A stretch of 60,390 bases of DNA. It comes from an uncultured Bacteroidales bacterium (GTDB taxonomy: Bacteria; Bacteroidota; Bacteroidia; Bacteroidales; UBA4417). A program made the position numbers and the translations under genes. Location of the stretch: positions 1 to 60,390 of the forward strand of contig CAIWMA010000231.1 in NCBI GenBank assembly GCA_903913645.1, in the 5' to 3' direction. Shown piece after piece: positions 1 through 10,676 of this stretch (position 1 is the stretch's first letter; each line of letters begins with the position of its first letter). Below the pieces are notes generated by a model. That model was given only the letters and a program-made list of their open reading frames with translations, did no database searches and had not been told where the DNA came from.

Positions 1-12
1 GTTTTGGGGTGG

Positions 13-1422
13 TTACTTTCCGATACAGAACTTTCCAAAAATGTTCCCTAAAATATCTTCTGTTGATACTTCCCCTGTTATCTCGGCCAGGTGATGCAAA
101 GCCGATCGTATATCGGTGGCAATAAGGTCGGTTGGAATATTATCTTCTATGCCTTTTGCTGCTTCATTTAAAGCATTGAGCGTACTGGTGATGGAATGAT
201 AATGCCGCGCATTACTAATGATGGCCTGATCGCCGATATTAGTGGTTTTAGCCGTTTTGACCAGCCGTTCCATAATAAGATTAATGTTTTCTTTCCGCTT
301 AGCTGAAATAAAAATAGTTTCAAGGTCGAACAGTGCGGTTATGTGGTGTGGTGCCTCAATCATGAGGTCTGTTTTGTTGCCGATGAGCAGGAAATGCTTT
401 TCCGGATCATCAATATGATCACGAAACTCAGATTTTAATTCGTCAATTTCATCCTCAGTAATTGTACTGATATCGAAAAGGTACAATATTACAGACGCTT
501 CTTTTATTTTTTCATAGGTACGGCTGATGCCGATTGTTTCAATGGTGTCGGTGGTATGCGACCTGAGACCGGCTGTATCAATAAACCTGAAAGTGATTCC
601 GTGAATGGTAAATGTATCCTCAATGGTGTCGCGGGTTGTGCCCGGAATGTCGCTCACAATTGCTCTTTCTTCGTTGAGAAGAGCATTCAGTAAAGTGGAT
701 TTACCCACATTAGGTTTTCCGATTATGGCAACCGGAATACCTTTCTTTATGACATTGCCGAGCGAAAATGATGAAGCCAGATTTTTCATTTCATCGATAA
801 GGGCATTCATGAGTTCTTTCAGTTTACTGCGATCAGCAAATTCAACATCTTCCTCACCGAAATCGAGTTCCAGTTCAAGTAAGGATGCCAGGTCGAGTAA
901 CTGGCTCCGCATATCTTTTATCTTCTGCGAAAATCCTCCCCGCATCTGCGACAAGGCAAGATCATGAGCAACTTTTGAACGTGATGAAATCAAATCGGCA
1001 ACAGCTTCGGCCTGCGACAAATCGAGTTTGCCATTCAGGAAAGCCCGCAAAGTAAATTCGCCGGCCCTTGCCATGCGCGCCCCGGCATCAATTAATACTT
1101 CTAAAATCCTTTGCTGTACATATTCTGAACCATGGCATGATATCTCCACAATATCATCGCCGGTATAGGAGTGTGGTTTACGAAAAATGGTTATAACAAC
1201 CTCATCAATCACTTCATTTTCGGTAGAAAAATTACCAAAATGCGCGGTGTGGCTTTTAAATTGGGTGACGCTAAAGTTTAGTTTACGTGATTTGAAGAAC
1301 TGACTGCTGATTGAAATAGCCTCAGGACCCGAAAGTCGTATAATTGCTAAAGCACCAATTCCCGGCGGGGTCGAAAGGGCACAAATAGTATCATTCCTGG
1401 AATTAGATGAATAAGGATTCAT
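13..1422 (-). CDS. mnmE: tRNA modification GTPase MnmE (TrmE)
   Basis: N-terminal DTICALSTPPGIGALAIIRLSG, GEFTLRAFLNGKLDLSQAEAV, G1 GKPNVGKS, GTTRD, DTAG, NKTD, C-terminal FCIGK. Confidence 0.97.
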   Translation of the reverse strand: MNPYSSNSRNDTICALSTPPGIGALAIIRLSGPEAISISSQFFKSRKLNFSVTQFKSHTAHFGNFSTENEVIDEVVITIFRKPHSYTGDDIVEISCHGSEYVQQRILEVLIDAGARMARAGEFTLRAFLNGKLDLSQAEAVADLISSRSKVAHDLALSQMRGGFSQKIKDMRSQLLDLASLLELELDFGEEDVEFADRSKLKELMNALIDEMKNLASSFSLGNVIKKGIPVAIIGKPNVGKSTLLNALLNEERAIVSDIPGTTRDTIEDTFTIHGITFRFIDTAGLRSHTTDTIETIGISRTYEKIKEASVILYLFDISTITEDEIDELKSEFRDHIDDPEKHFLLIGNKTDLMIEAPHHITALFDLETIFISAKRKENINLIMERLVKTAKTTNIGDQAIISNARHYHSITSTLNALNEAAKGIEDNIPTDLIATDIRSALHHLAEITGEVSTEDILGNIFGKFCIGK

Positions 1423-1443
1423 AGCAGTCGGGCGTTATTTATA

Positions 1444-1451
1444 CAAAGATA
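1444..1451 (-). promoter_or_regulatory. Bacteroidota sigma-A -7 element (TATCTTTG) upstream of mnmE
   Basis: + strand CAAAGATA is TAnnTTTG on the - strand, about 20 nt before the start codon. Confidence 0.55.
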
Positions 1452-1623
1452 GTGCGACTTCCAGCGAAATCAAATTTTCGAACTACTTTCTTATTGTTAT
1501 AATAATTTTAAAATTCATAATATCAATAGTTTAGGTATGATAAAACTTCCGGAAGTTGTTTGGGTATTCAAAGTTTCAGAAAATTGAAATTTGGTTCTGT
1601 CTTGCCTCTACTATTTTTCTCAA

Positions 1624-1687
1624 TCTCACTGTCCCTCTATCTCTCCGTCTCTTCATCTCTCTGTCTCCCCATCGCTCCATCCCCTTT
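1624..1687. repeat. Degenerate octamer tandem repeat (8 units, TCTCTCnn-like)
   Basis: tctcactg tccctcta tctctccg tctcttca tctctctg tctcccca tcgctcca tccccttt, directly after the serine hydrolase stop codon. Confidence 0.75.
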
Positions 1688-1688
1688 C

Positions 1689-2954
1689 TCAGTCACCCCC
1701 ATCATTAATACTCTCCAATTCAGTGTCCTTGTTTTCTTCCAATATCGACATTACAGATTTAATGTCATAAACACTGTTGTTTTTACGGTTTCCTAAAACT
1801 ATGATTACGATATCCGATTCCATATCCATCCATAGCATGGTGCTGAATCCTGCCCACCAGCCACCGTGATACACATAATTTACCTTTTTCATTTTCTTAG
1901 GATCGGTCATCAGCCTGAACCCCAGTCCATAGTTATGCCTGCTTTTATGTTCGAAACTACGCGGGGTGAAAGCTTCATTAAGCCAGTATTTGCTGAGTAA
2001 ACAGCCTGAATGCAATGCGAAGTACCAGCGTTCCATGTCGCCTACGGATGCGAAAATACCTTTGTCGCCGTATACGCCATCAAAAAACTCACGTTCGCGG
2101 CGCCTGTTTCCTTGGAATCCTGTAGTTCGGTTGCGTAGTAATGATTCTGGTGCGATGGTATCAATAAATGTATGCGTCATTCCGAGTGGTTCAAAAATCC
2201 GGGTGCGTATAAAGTGCTCATAACTCATTCCGCTTATCTTTTCAATAATGGAAGCGAGGATAATGAAATTGCTGTTGTTATAACTAAAGCTTTTTCCAGG
2301 CCGGTTATATGGTTTTGGTAATGAATCGGCTTCGCTGAACCATTTCAGGATGGAGTCGTTGGTAGGAGCGGGGCCATTCTTCCTTCTTTTATCTTCAAAA
2401 CAATACAGGTAATTAGGCAACCCACTGCGGTGACTCAATAAATTTTCGATTGTAATCCCATGATAGGGAAAAGATGGGATGAACCTTTGAATGCTGTCCT
2501 GAAGTTTCAACTTTTTATCCTGGGCCAGCAGTAATACTGCGGTACCGGTAAAAGTCTTGCTGATTGATGCAAGTTGAAATGCGGAATTAATGTTTAGCGA
2601 ATCCTTTGTATTCAGATTTGCATAACCAAAAACATTCTGATACAATATTACACCTTTCTGGGCGATAAGAACAGCCCCGTTAAATCCCTGGCCTTTAGCT
2701 TTTTTCTTAAAAAGAGAATCCAGCGCAAGAGATTTCTCTGCGGCATGAATTTTTTTTCTGATACGGGCTTCTTCCTTTGGCGTAAGCCTGCTGTTGGTAA
2801 TACATTCAATAACCTGAACCGGAGTCTTTGCTGGTTTTTCAGTACAGCCTGGTGTTATAACAACCTGTATTGCAGTTAAAAAGATAATGAAAATATGTCG
2901 GGTAGGAAGTTTCACAGAATTGTATTTTTTGATTTTACAAAAGAAGCCAAACAT
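1689..2954 (-). CDS. Serine hydrolase, beta-lactamase/AmpC-like family, probable lipoprotein
   Basis: SxxK (FQLASISK), LLSHRSGL, YxN (YNNSN), HGG motif, lipobox-like TPGC. The true start may be the GTG near 2915. Confidence 0.88.
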   Translation of the reverse strand: MFGFFCKIKKYNSVKLPTRHIFIIFLTAIQVVITPGCTEKPAKTPVQVIECITNSRLTPKEEARIRKKIHAAEKSLALDSLFKKKAKGQGFNGAVLIAQKGVILYQNVFGYANLNTKDSLNINSAFQLASISKTFTGTAVLLLAQDKKLKLQDSIQRFIPSFPYHGITIENLLSHRSGLPNYLYCFEDKRRKNGPAPTNDSILKWFSEADSLPKPYNRPGKSFSYNNSNFIILASIIEKISGMSYEHFIRTRIFEPLGMTHTFIDTIAPESLLRNRTTGFQGNRRREREFFDGVYGDKGIFASVGDMERWYFALHSGCLLSKYWLNEAFTPRSFEHKSRHNYGLGFRLMTDPKKMKKVNYVYHGGWWAGFSTMLWMDMESDIVIIVLGNRKNNSVYDIKSVMSILEENKDTELESINDGGD

Positions 2955-3222
2955 ACTTTGCGCCCGACATAAATCAGGTAAAGGTTGTTAACAAAAGGAT
3001 GTTCAGAGTAAATTGGTTTTGTATTTACAGCAGGCAGAGAACGCTGAAAATTCAGGTTTCAAAAGATTAACACATATTGCTGCAAAAAGTTATTTCCTTA
3101 ATTAAAATGTAAATTATTCGTTCTTTGTGTATCACTCGGGGTCTTTAATTTTTCTGTTTCCTTATCAAAAAATCATTAAAGCTTATTGTTTAAGATTTAC
3201 GGGCAGTTTCTAAAAATATTTT

Positions 3223-3230
3223 TACCTTTG
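3223..3230 (+). promoter_or_regulatory. -7 promoter element (TACCTTTG) upstream of sucD
   Basis: Exact TAnnTTTG about 22 nt before the ATG at 3253. Confidence 0.55.
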
Positions 3231-3252
3231 GTCGCATAAATAATTTCAGGAA

Positions 3253-4125
3253 ATGAGCATACTTGTTAATAAAGATTCACGAATTATAGTGCAAGGTTTT
3301 ACCGGTAGCGAAGGAACATTTCATGCTACCCAGATGATTGACTACGGAACCAACGTTGTTGGCGGAGTAACCCCAGGCAAAGGTGGTAACGAACATATTG
3401 GTCGCCCTGTTTTTAACACTGTGAAAGAAGCCGTAAAAGCTACCAATGCCAATGTCTCCCTTATTTTTGTACCACCTGCATTTGCTGCGGATGCAATTAT
3501 GGAGGCTGCCGATGCTGGTATTAAAGTGATTGTTTGTATCACCGAAGGTATTCCGGTAAAGGATATGATGGCTGCCAAGGAATATGTTGATGGTCTCAAT
3601 TGTCGTTTAGTCGGACCTAACTGCCCTGGTGTAATCACCCCAGGTGAAGCTAAAGTTGGTATCATGCCAGGATTTATTCACAAGAAAGGTATAATAGGCA
3701 TTGTTTCCCGCTCAGGGACTTTAACATACGAAGCCGTTGATCAGCTTACCAAAGTTGGTTTAGGACAGACAACAGCCTTAGGAATTGGTGGTGATCCTAT
3801 TATTGGAACTACTACCCGCGATGCTATGGAATTGTTTATGGCCGATTCCGAAACCAAAGGAATTGTAATGATTGGTGAAATCGGCGGAAATATGGAAGCG
3901 GATGCGGCTTATTATGTTCGCGATCACGGAACAAAACCAGTTGTTGGATTTATTGCAGGCGCAACGGCTCCGGCTGGTAGGACTATGGGTCATGCAGGTG
4001 CAATAGTTGGTGGTAAATCCGATACTGCTGAAGCTAAAAAAGCTATTATGCGTGAATGTGGAATCACAGTTGTAGATTCGCCGGCCGAAATTGGTGCAGC
4101 GATGTTTAAACTCATAAATAACTAG
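3253..4125 (+). CDS. sucD: Succinyl-CoA synthetase alpha subunit
   Basis: [35 protein letters not shown], phospho-His motif MGHAGA. Confidence 0.97.
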   Translation: MSILVNKDSRIIVQGFTGSEGTFHATQMIDYGTNVVGGVTPGKGGNEHIGRPVFNTVKEAVKATNANVSLIFVPPAFAADAIMEAADAGIKVIVCITEGIPVKDMMAAKEYVDGLNCRLVGPNCPGVITPGEAKVGIMPGFIHKKGIIGIVSRSGTLTYEAVDQLTKVGLGQTTALGIGGDPIIGTTTRDAMELFMADSETKGIVMIGEIGGNMEADAAYYVRDHGTKPVVGFIAGATAPAGRTMGHAGAIVGGKSDTAEAKKAIMRECGITVVDSPAEIGAAMFKLINN

Positions 4126-4170
4126 AAACCGGCCTAGAAAAAGTACTCTCAAGTTGCTTATTCCGAAATC

Positions 4171-5601
4171 CTATTTCTTTTCAACTCTTTCGTAAGCTCC
4201 CAAATCAGGCGGTCCTGGATTAAGCCTCGATATGCCTTTGCGGTCGAACTTAATATCAGGAATTGTACTGTTAATAATGTCAATGGATGCGGCATTTATC
4301 GCAAAGGATAATGTATCCAGTTGAAAATTATTTAAATAGGGATCCTTAAATTTTGCTTCTTTATTGATGAGACAATTGATAAAATTTGCCTCATACTTAG
4401 TTTCTTTATCCCAGCTTGCAAGGCATTGATCGAATTGGAAATTAAAAGTGGTTCCCGGGAGTTCATAAAAATCGATCTCATTAGCCATACTTCCTGTTAA
4501 AATGCAGTTTCCGAAGTAAGCGCCTGTTAATTCACCCGGAATTTGTTTGTACGACGAATCCAGCGAATAATTGCTGATTGATAATGCCGCATATCCTTTC
4601 CCGTTAAAATAGTTGGCCAGGGTACAATTCCGGAAATCATAGTTTCCACCTTGTTCAATCGAAACCGCATTCCCGCCACAATTTGTAACCTGGCAATTGG
4701 TTGAAACTATATTGGCTTTCGTTGCCCTGATGCCATAGTTTTTCATGTTGTTAATCAAACAATTATGAAGCCTGAGTGGCTCACCTCCTGCATACCCGCT
4801 GCTATCAGCCTGTATACCGACAATGGCATTTGTAATTTCGGCATAGGTAAAGCTAATATTCTTACTTCCGTTTTCGAGCCATATCCCATCCCACAATCCA
4901 GGAATGGTAAGATAATCATCGTCAAGCCTGTCACTGGTAAAAATTACTGGCAACTCAAGCGTTCCTGTAACATTTAGCGAAGCACCCGACCTTATTTCAA
5001 AGCTGCTTCCCTTGTGAAAATATAATTTCGTTCCGGGTAAAATGGTCAGTTTGCAGTTTTTGTCGGCCGTCAGCGTGCCATAAATTACATGTGGCTTGTC
5101 AACGGGCAGAATTACATCGCCGGTTAGTATAACATTGTGGTGGAAATAGGCATCCTGTCCCCAGGCAACAAGTTTTACATCCTGCATATTGCCATTTATT
5201 TCAAATGTAATAGAATCACTCTCAACCAGAGGATTGTTGGCCTTATTTGGATCGATGGTAACTTTTACAAATATATAGGCGCTGTCTTTCGGCCCGATTT
5301 CCAGGTCACGGTAAAGTTCAGTTGCTGTACCATCGATGTTAAGCCTGAACGGTGAAGCGGTGCCACGGGCAAGTGCTACTTTTGAGATATTTATTTTACT
5401 GCTTCCGGTATTTCTGACAACCAGTTGCCGGGTAATGGATCCTATGGTAGTAAAAACGGTATCAAACAGTATGGTATCCGAACTGAAGCCAAGGCGGAAA
5501 CCGGGGTCGGTATTTAATTCATCTTTCCTGCAACCGGTATAAGCCAATACAGTGGATATCAGTATAAATAGTATAATCCTTGCGGATTGTTTGATCGTCA
5601 T
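4171..5601 (-). CDS. Hypothetical lipoprotein with Ig-like N-terminus and right-handed beta-helix repeats
   Basis: Lipobox YTGC, FSSDTILFDTVFTT motif, Asn/Cys-laddered repeats (HNCLINN, TNCQVTNCG, RNCTLAN), C-terminal PDLGAYE. Confidence 0.65.
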   Translation of the reverse strand: MTIKQSARIILFILISTVLAYTGCRKDELNTDPGFRLGFSSDTILFDTVFTTIGSITRQLVVRNTGSSKINISKVALARGTASPFRLNIDGTATELYRDLEIGPKDSAYIFVKVTIDPNKANNPLVESDSITFEINGNMQDVKLVAWGQDAYFHHNVILTGDVILPVDKPHVIYGTLTADKNCKLTILPGTKLYFHKGSSFEIRSGASLNVTGTLELPVIFTSDRLDDDYLTIPGLWDGIWLENGSKNISFTYAEITNAIVGIQADSSGYAGGEPLRLHNCLINNMKNYGIRATKANIVSTNCQVTNCGGNAVSIEQGGNYDFRNCTLANYFNGKGYAALSISNYSLDSSYKQIPGELTGAYFGNCILTGSMANEIDFYELPGTTFNFQFDQCLASWDKETKYEANFINCLINKEAKFKDPYLNNFQLDTLSFAINAASIDIINSTIPDIKFDRKGISRLNPGPPDLGAYERVEKK

Positions 5602-5769
5602 CAGGTATATATTTTAGAGACGGTAAAGATAGTTGAATGTAAATTCTTTTTTTAAACGATTTATTTCTAAAAAAAATATTTTTTCGGTAAAAAAATCTTA
5701 ATTTTAAGGTGTAAAAAAGGCTGAAAGTTAGGATTACATTCAATAGTTGGCTCACATGCAAATATTTCG

Positions 5770-5777
5770 TACCTTTG
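5770..5777 (+). promoter_or_regulatory. -7 promoter element (TACCTTTG) for the glycogen cluster
   Basis: Exact TAnnTTTG followed by CA, about 50 nt before the ATG at 5827. Confidence 0.55.
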
Positions 5778-5826
5778 CAAATTCAAACGTTCGCCAATAT
5801 AATAAGTGCTAAATAGTTGACACACT

Positions 5827-7794
5827 ATGGATTATATTAAATTTGACAAGTCGAAGCTGGTAAATCTTGAGTATTCCCTTACGCGTGAAATGCTCCGATC
5901 CAACAGGGCTGGTTCATATTCATCCACAACCATAATAGGTTGCAATACGCGTAAGTATCATGGTTTACTGGTTACTCATCAGCCTCAGCTCGATGGAGGC
6001 ATGCATGTATTGCTATCCATGCTCGACGAAACCATTATTCAACATGACCAGGAATTCAACCTGGCAATACACAAATACAAAGGCGAGAAATATAATCCTA
6101 AGGGGCATAAATATGTTACCGATTTCAATATTGATACCAACCTGAGAATTACTTACCGGGTGGGAGGTGTATTACTTTCGAAAGAAATGCTTTTTGCCGG
6201 CAATGAAGACAGTATTATAATAAAATACACTCTTCTCGAAGCTCACTCGCCCACTACAATACGTTTCAGGCCTTTTCTCGCTTACCGAAATATACATTCG
6301 TTGAGCAAAGCCAATAATGATGTTGAACGTAAATACGATAGCATTCCCAATGGAATAAAGGTAAGAATGTACCTCGGATATCCACATCTGCATCTTCAGT
6401 TTTCGAAAGAGAACGAATATATTCACACTCCCGACTGGTTTTTCGACTTTGAATACATGCGTGAAAAAGCACGTGGGTACGATTCGCTGGAAGATTTGTA
6501 CACACCGGGATATTTTGAAATGCCTATAATGCAGGGCGAAAGCATCTACTTTATGGCCAGCCTCGATATGGAGGACCCAAAAACATTTGCTCGCATGTAC
6601 AGCCAGGAACTGAAAAAACGTATTGTACGAGACAGTTTCGAGAATTGCCTGTTAAATGCTGCTGAACAGTTTATTGTGAAACGCGGGAAAATGTATGAGA
6701 TTGTTGCTGGATTTCACTGGTTTGGCCGTGTAGCACGCGATACATTTATAGCATTGCCGGGACTTACATTGGTGCAGGGCGATTTTAAAACTTTTAAAGC
6801 AGTACTGGATAATAGTCTTACCGAGATGAAGGGGCCGCTGTTTCCTAATTCCGGAACAGGACTCAAAACCGAATATAAGTCAGTTGATGCGCCTTTATGG
6901 CTATTCTGGACGTTGCAGCAGTACATTAAATACAGCGGCGACAAAACAGTATGGAAACAATATGGTTCCACGCTGAAAATGATATTAAACAGTTTCCGTG
7001 AAGGAGATGCCCCATACAATATCCATATGCTTGACAGCGGTTTGTTGTTTGCCGGTGTTACCGGTTCGGCTGTTACCTGGATGGATGCTGTAATTGATGG
7101 CAAACCTGTAACCCCACGTGTAGGTTTAGCAGTTGAAGTAAATGCACTATGGTATAACGCCATTTGTTTTGCGATTGAACTGGCAGAAAGTGCCGGTGAA
7201 ATGGATTTTGTGGAGCAATGGAAACCCATTGCCAAACAGATTCCTGCCGCATTTGTTGAAGCTTTCTGGTACAAAGAGCTAAACTACCTGTATGATTATG
7301 TGCATGGAGATTTTAAAGATAAATCGGTACGTCCTAACCAGGTTTTTGCAGTATCACTGCCTTATTCACCACTCAACGACGACCAGCGTAAGGGCGTACT
7401 CGACAGAATACAATCTGAATTGCTTACGCCACGTGGATTGCGAACACTTGCACCTAAAAATCCGGCATACAAACCTGAATATACTGGTGGTCCGGCCGAA
7501 CGAGACATGGCTTACCACCAGGGATCAGTTTTTCCATGGTTATTCGGGCATTTTGCCGAAGGATGGCTGAACTTATATGAACAAAGTGGTGTTTCATTCA
7601 TTGAAAAGATTTACTTGGGATTTGAGGAAGTTATGTCCGAACACGGAATTGGAACCATTTCAGAACTTTATGACGGAGATCCGCCATACCGTGCGTCCGG
7701 AGCAATTTCGCAAGCATGGAGTGTTTCAGAACTCCTGCGCGTTAATCAATTGCTCAAGGATATCAAAAGTGTTAAAGTTAAGAAATTGAAATAA
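5827..7794 (+). CDS. Glycogen debranching enzyme (amylo-alpha-1,6-glucosidase; GDE N and C domains)
   Basis: NTRKYHGLL, AGFHWFGRVARDTFIALPGL, TWMDA, VEVNALWYNA, RPNQ, YHQGSVFPWL, QAWSV. Confidence 0.92.
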   Translation: MDYIKFDKSKLVNLEYSLTREMLRSNRAGSYSSTTIIGCNTRKYHGLLVTHQPQLDGGMHVLLSMLDETIIQHDQEFNLAIHKYKGEKYNPKGHKYVTDFNIDTNLRITYRVGGVLLSKEMLFAGNEDSIIIKYTLLEAHSPTTIRFRPFLAYRNIHSLSKANNDVERKYDSIPNGIKVRMYLGYPHLHLQFSKENEYIHTPDWFFDFEYMREKARGYDSLEDLYTPGYFEMPIMQGESIYFMASLDMEDPKTFARMYSQELKKRIVRDSFENCLLNAAEQFIVKRGKMYEIVAGFHWFGRVARDTFIALPGLTLVQGDFKTFKAVLDNSLTEMKGPLFPNSGTGLKTEYKSVDAPLWLFWTLQQYIKYSGDKTVWKQYGSTLKMILNSFREGDAPYNIHMLDSGLLFAGVTGSAVTWMDAVIDGKPVTPRVGLAVEVNALWYNAICFAIELAESAGEMDFVEQWKPIAKQIPAAFVEAFWYKELNYLYDYVHGDFKDKSVRPNQVFAVSLPYSPLNDDQRKGVLDRIQSELLTPRGLRTLAPKNPAYKPEYTGGPAERDMAYHQGSVFPWLFGHFAEGWLNLYEQSGVSFIEKIYLGFEEVMSEHGIGTISELYDGDPPYRASGAISQAWSVSELLRVNQLLKDIKSVKVKKLK

Positions 7795-7819
7795 TTCATT
7801 TATCATTAGATAAGAAGAT

Positions 7820-9100
7820 ATGAAAGTATTAATGTTTGGTTGGGAGTTTCCTCCCCATATCACAGGAGGTCTTGGTACGGCTTGTTTTGGGCTTACCAAA
7901 GGATTGTTGAAACACGGGGTTGACGTTCAGTTTGTTGTACCTAAGGCCTATGGCGACGAAAGCCAGGAAGCCGTACGGCTTATTAACGCCAGTGATGTAA
8001 CCGTTATGATGAACGATCCTGTGTTTCGTGAATATTGGAGCCAGATCACCTATATGGAAATCGGATCAAACCTTATCCCTTATGTTGGTCCTGAAGACTT
8101 CCAGCAAATGGTAAGCGAAAATATTAATACCAAGGTTGAAGAAGGTAGCAGGGTTTTCTCTGAAAAGTTCCAGTTCTCAGGCAAATACGGCCACGACCTC
8201 ATGGAAGAAGTAGCCCGCTATGCTCTTGTCGGTGCTTCAATTGCAGCTAGCAGTGAATTTGATATAATTCATGCTCATGACTGGTTAACATATTCGGCCG
8301 GTGTTGCAGCAAAAAAAATATCGGGCAAGCCGCTTGTAGTTCATATGCATGCCACAGAATTCGATCGTTCAGGAGAGAATTATAACGAAAATGTATATGA
8401 AATTGAACGTAAGGGGATGGCAGAAGCCGACCGCGTAATAACAGTAAGTAACCTTACACGGAATATTGTAATTGAAAGGTATCATATTGATCCTGATAAA
8501 GTTATAACAGTTCATAATGCTGTTGAACCACCCGAGAATACCGAATTGCCTGATGCTGAAAAACATGTGAAGGAAAAAATTGTCACTTTCCTTGGTAGGA
8601 TAACTTTCCAGAAGGGTCCTGAATATTTTATTGAAGCCGCCTGCAAAGTGCTGGAACGTGATAAAAATGTTCGTTTTGTGATGGCTGGTACAGGTGATCT
8701 GATGGAAAAAATGATCAGGCGCGTGGCAAAGCTTAAAATTTCGTCAAATTTCCATTTCACCGGTTTTCTCAAAGGTGAAAATGTAGATCGAATGTTTGCC
8801 ATGAGTGATGTTTACGTAATGCCATCGGTATCTGAGCCTTTCGGAATATCACCTCTTGAAGCTATGCGTTCAAATGTTCCGGTCGTTATTTCAAAACAAT
8901 CGGGTGTTGCCGAAGTACTCGATCATGTGATGAAGGTCGATTTCTGGGATGTTGATGCCATGGCAGATGCCATCTATGGATTATTGCACTATAAATCAAT
9001 GCATAGTATGTTTATCGAGCATGGAACTGAGGAGGTGAATAATCTTAAATGGGAAAATGCAGCACGTAAAGTTGCTGATATTTACGAATCATTGGTTTAA
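7820..9100 (+). CDS. Glycosyltransferase family 4 (glycogen-associated)
   Basis: GWEFPPHITGGLG, HAHDW, GRITFQKG, SEPFGISPLEAM. Confidence 0.9.
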   Translation: MKVLMFGWEFPPHITGGLGTACFGLTKGLLKHGVDVQFVVPKAYGDESQEAVRLINASDVTVMMNDPVFREYWSQITYMEIGSNLIPYVGPEDFQQMVSENINTKVEEGSRVFSEKFQFSGKYGHDLMEEVARYALVGASIAASSEFDIIHAHDWLTYSAGVAAKKISGKPLVVHMHATEFDRSGENYNENVYEIERKGMAEADRVITVSNLTRNIVIERYHIDPDKVITVHNAVEPPENTELPDAEKHVKEKIVTFLGRITFQKGPEYFIEAACKVLERDKNVRFVMAGTGDLMEKMIRRVAKLKISSNFHFTGFLKGENVDRMFAMSDVYVMPSVSEPFGISPLEAMRSNVPVVISKQSGVAEVLDHVMKVDFWDVDAMADAIYGLLHYKSMHSMFIEHGTEEVNNLKWENAARKVADIYESLV

Positions 9101-9147
9101 TACAATGTTGCTACAATAGTTATAATCAAAGTTTAAAACGAAAATAT

Positions 9148-10479
9148 ATGAGGTCAATTTGTCTTTATTTTCAGGTTCATCAGCCATTCCGTCTCAGGAC
9201 TTATCGGTTTTTCGATATAGGCGCCGATCATTATTATTATGATGATTATCAAAACAAACGTATAGCCAGGCGGGTTGCCAATGATTGTTATCTTCCGGCT
9301 AACGAAGTTTTGCTTGGGCTTATAAACGAGTTTGGCTCTGCCTTCAAGGTGACTTTCAGTATTAGCGGCTCGGCTTTGGAACAGTTTAAAAAATATTCTC
9401 CAGAGGTAATTGCCAGTTTTAAACGCCTTGCTAAAACCGGGAATGTCGAATTCCTGGCCGAAACTTATGCACATTCTTTGGCGGGATTAAATGATCCGGC
9501 TGAATTTAAAAGACAAGTTCAGGAACATGCAGCAACTATTAAAGAATTATTCGGTGTAACCCCGACTGCGTTTCGCAATACAGAGTTGGTTTATTCCAAC
9601 AGCATTGCAGGGCAGGTTCTTGATATGGGTTATAAAACAATGCTCACTGAAGGTGCTAAGCAATTGCTGGGGTGGAAAAGCCCTAATTATTTGTATTGTA
9701 GTGCACCACACCAACGATTAAAACTGCTCCTGCGTAATTATCAGCTTAGTGATGATATTACATTCCGGTTCTCGCAAAAGGATTGGAGTGAATGGCCTCT
9801 TACAGCTGAAAAGTATGTATCATGGCTCAATAATGTAGATCCAAAGCAGGAAATTGTTAACCTGTTTATGGATTATGAAACTTTTGGCGAACACCAGAAA
9901 GCCGAATCCGGAATTTTCGGATTCCTCAGAGCGTTCCCTGAACAAGTTTTAAAAACGCGTAAATGGATATTCAGCACACCAAGTGAGTTATCGGAAGACC
10001 TGCAACCAGTTGCCGGTATCGATTGCCCGCATGCTATCTCCTGGGCTGATGAAGAACGCGATCTGACTGCATGGCTTGGCAATGATCTTCAGGATGAGGC
10101 TTTTTCAAGTCTCTATAAAGTATCGGATATAATGCTTCATTGCACCGATGCTGACCTTAACCGTGACTGGAATTATTTACAGGCCAGCGACCATTTTTAT
10201 TACATGTGTACCAAATGGTTCAGCGACGGTGCAGTTCATCATTATTTTAATCCTTATGGTTCTCCTTATGAGGCATTTCTTAATTACATGAATGTGCTTT
10301 CAGATTTCCTGATCCGGGTAAGAGAATATGCTGAAAATGAGCCGATTCCTTTTAGCGCACAAGTAGTGAAAAAAGTAGTTTTACCTAAGGAAAAAGCTGC
10401 TTCTATACCGAAAATTCCTGTTAAAAAGGAATCCAAAACAAAGACTTCTGTTGCTGCAAAGCCGCCTAAAAAAGCTTGA
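9148..10479 (+). CDS. Glycoside hydrolase family 57 (alpha-amylase-like) with Lys/Ala/Pro-rich tail
   Basis: HQP, ETYAHSLA, RNTEL (nucleophile Glu), MDYETFGEH (acid/base Asp), SWADEERD, ASDHFYYM. Confidence 0.92.
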   Translation: MRSICLYFQVHQPFRLRTYRFFDIGADHYYYDDYQNKRIARRVANDCYLPANEVLLGLINEFGSAFKVTFSISGSALEQFKKYSPEVIASFKRLAKTGNVEFLAETYAHSLAGLNDPAEFKRQVQEHAATIKELFGVTPTAFRNTELVYSNSIAGQVLDMGYKTMLTEGAKQLLGWKSPNYLYCSAPHQRLKLLLRNYQLSDDITFRFSQKDWSEWPLTAEKYVSWLNNVDPKQEIVNLFMDYETFGEHQKAESGIFGFLRAFPEQVLKTRKWIFSTPSELSEDLQPVAGIDCPHAISWADEERDLTAWLGNDLQDEAFSSLYKVSDIMLHCTDADLNRDWNYLQASDHFYYMCTKWFSDGAVHHYFNPYGSPYEAFLNYMNVLSDFLIRVREYAENEPIPFSAQVVKKVVLPKEKAASIPKIPVKKESKTKTSVAAKPPKKA

Positions 10480-10570
10480 AGCAAACCGCTTAAGTGATAA
10501 AAACAGGAGAATGTTATTCACATTTTTGACCAAAAGTGAACAACTTAAAAGTCGTTTAATTTAAAATTCG

Positions 10571-10578
10571 TACTTTTG
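10571..10578 (+). promoter_or_regulatory. -7 promoter element (TACTTTTG) upstream of the synthase-phosphorylase fusion
   Basis: Exact TAnnTTTG followed by CA, about 100 nt before the ATG at 10677. Confidence 0.5.
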
Positions 10579-10676
10579 CACACCGCTGAATCAGGTTTTT
10601 TACCTGTCAGAGGTATGATTTTTGTGCAATTTATCTGATATTTCTGCACTGAATTACCTGAATCTGAGTCTGATCT

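Noticed and set aside
1560-1796. 78-aa Ser/Leu-rich ORF (and similarly 56073-56411)
   Set aside because: These are translations of the tandem-repeat tracts and overlap real genes on the other strand.
3253-4125. sucD without an adjacent sucC
   Set aside because: Split sucC/sucD is common in Bacteroidota and not notable.
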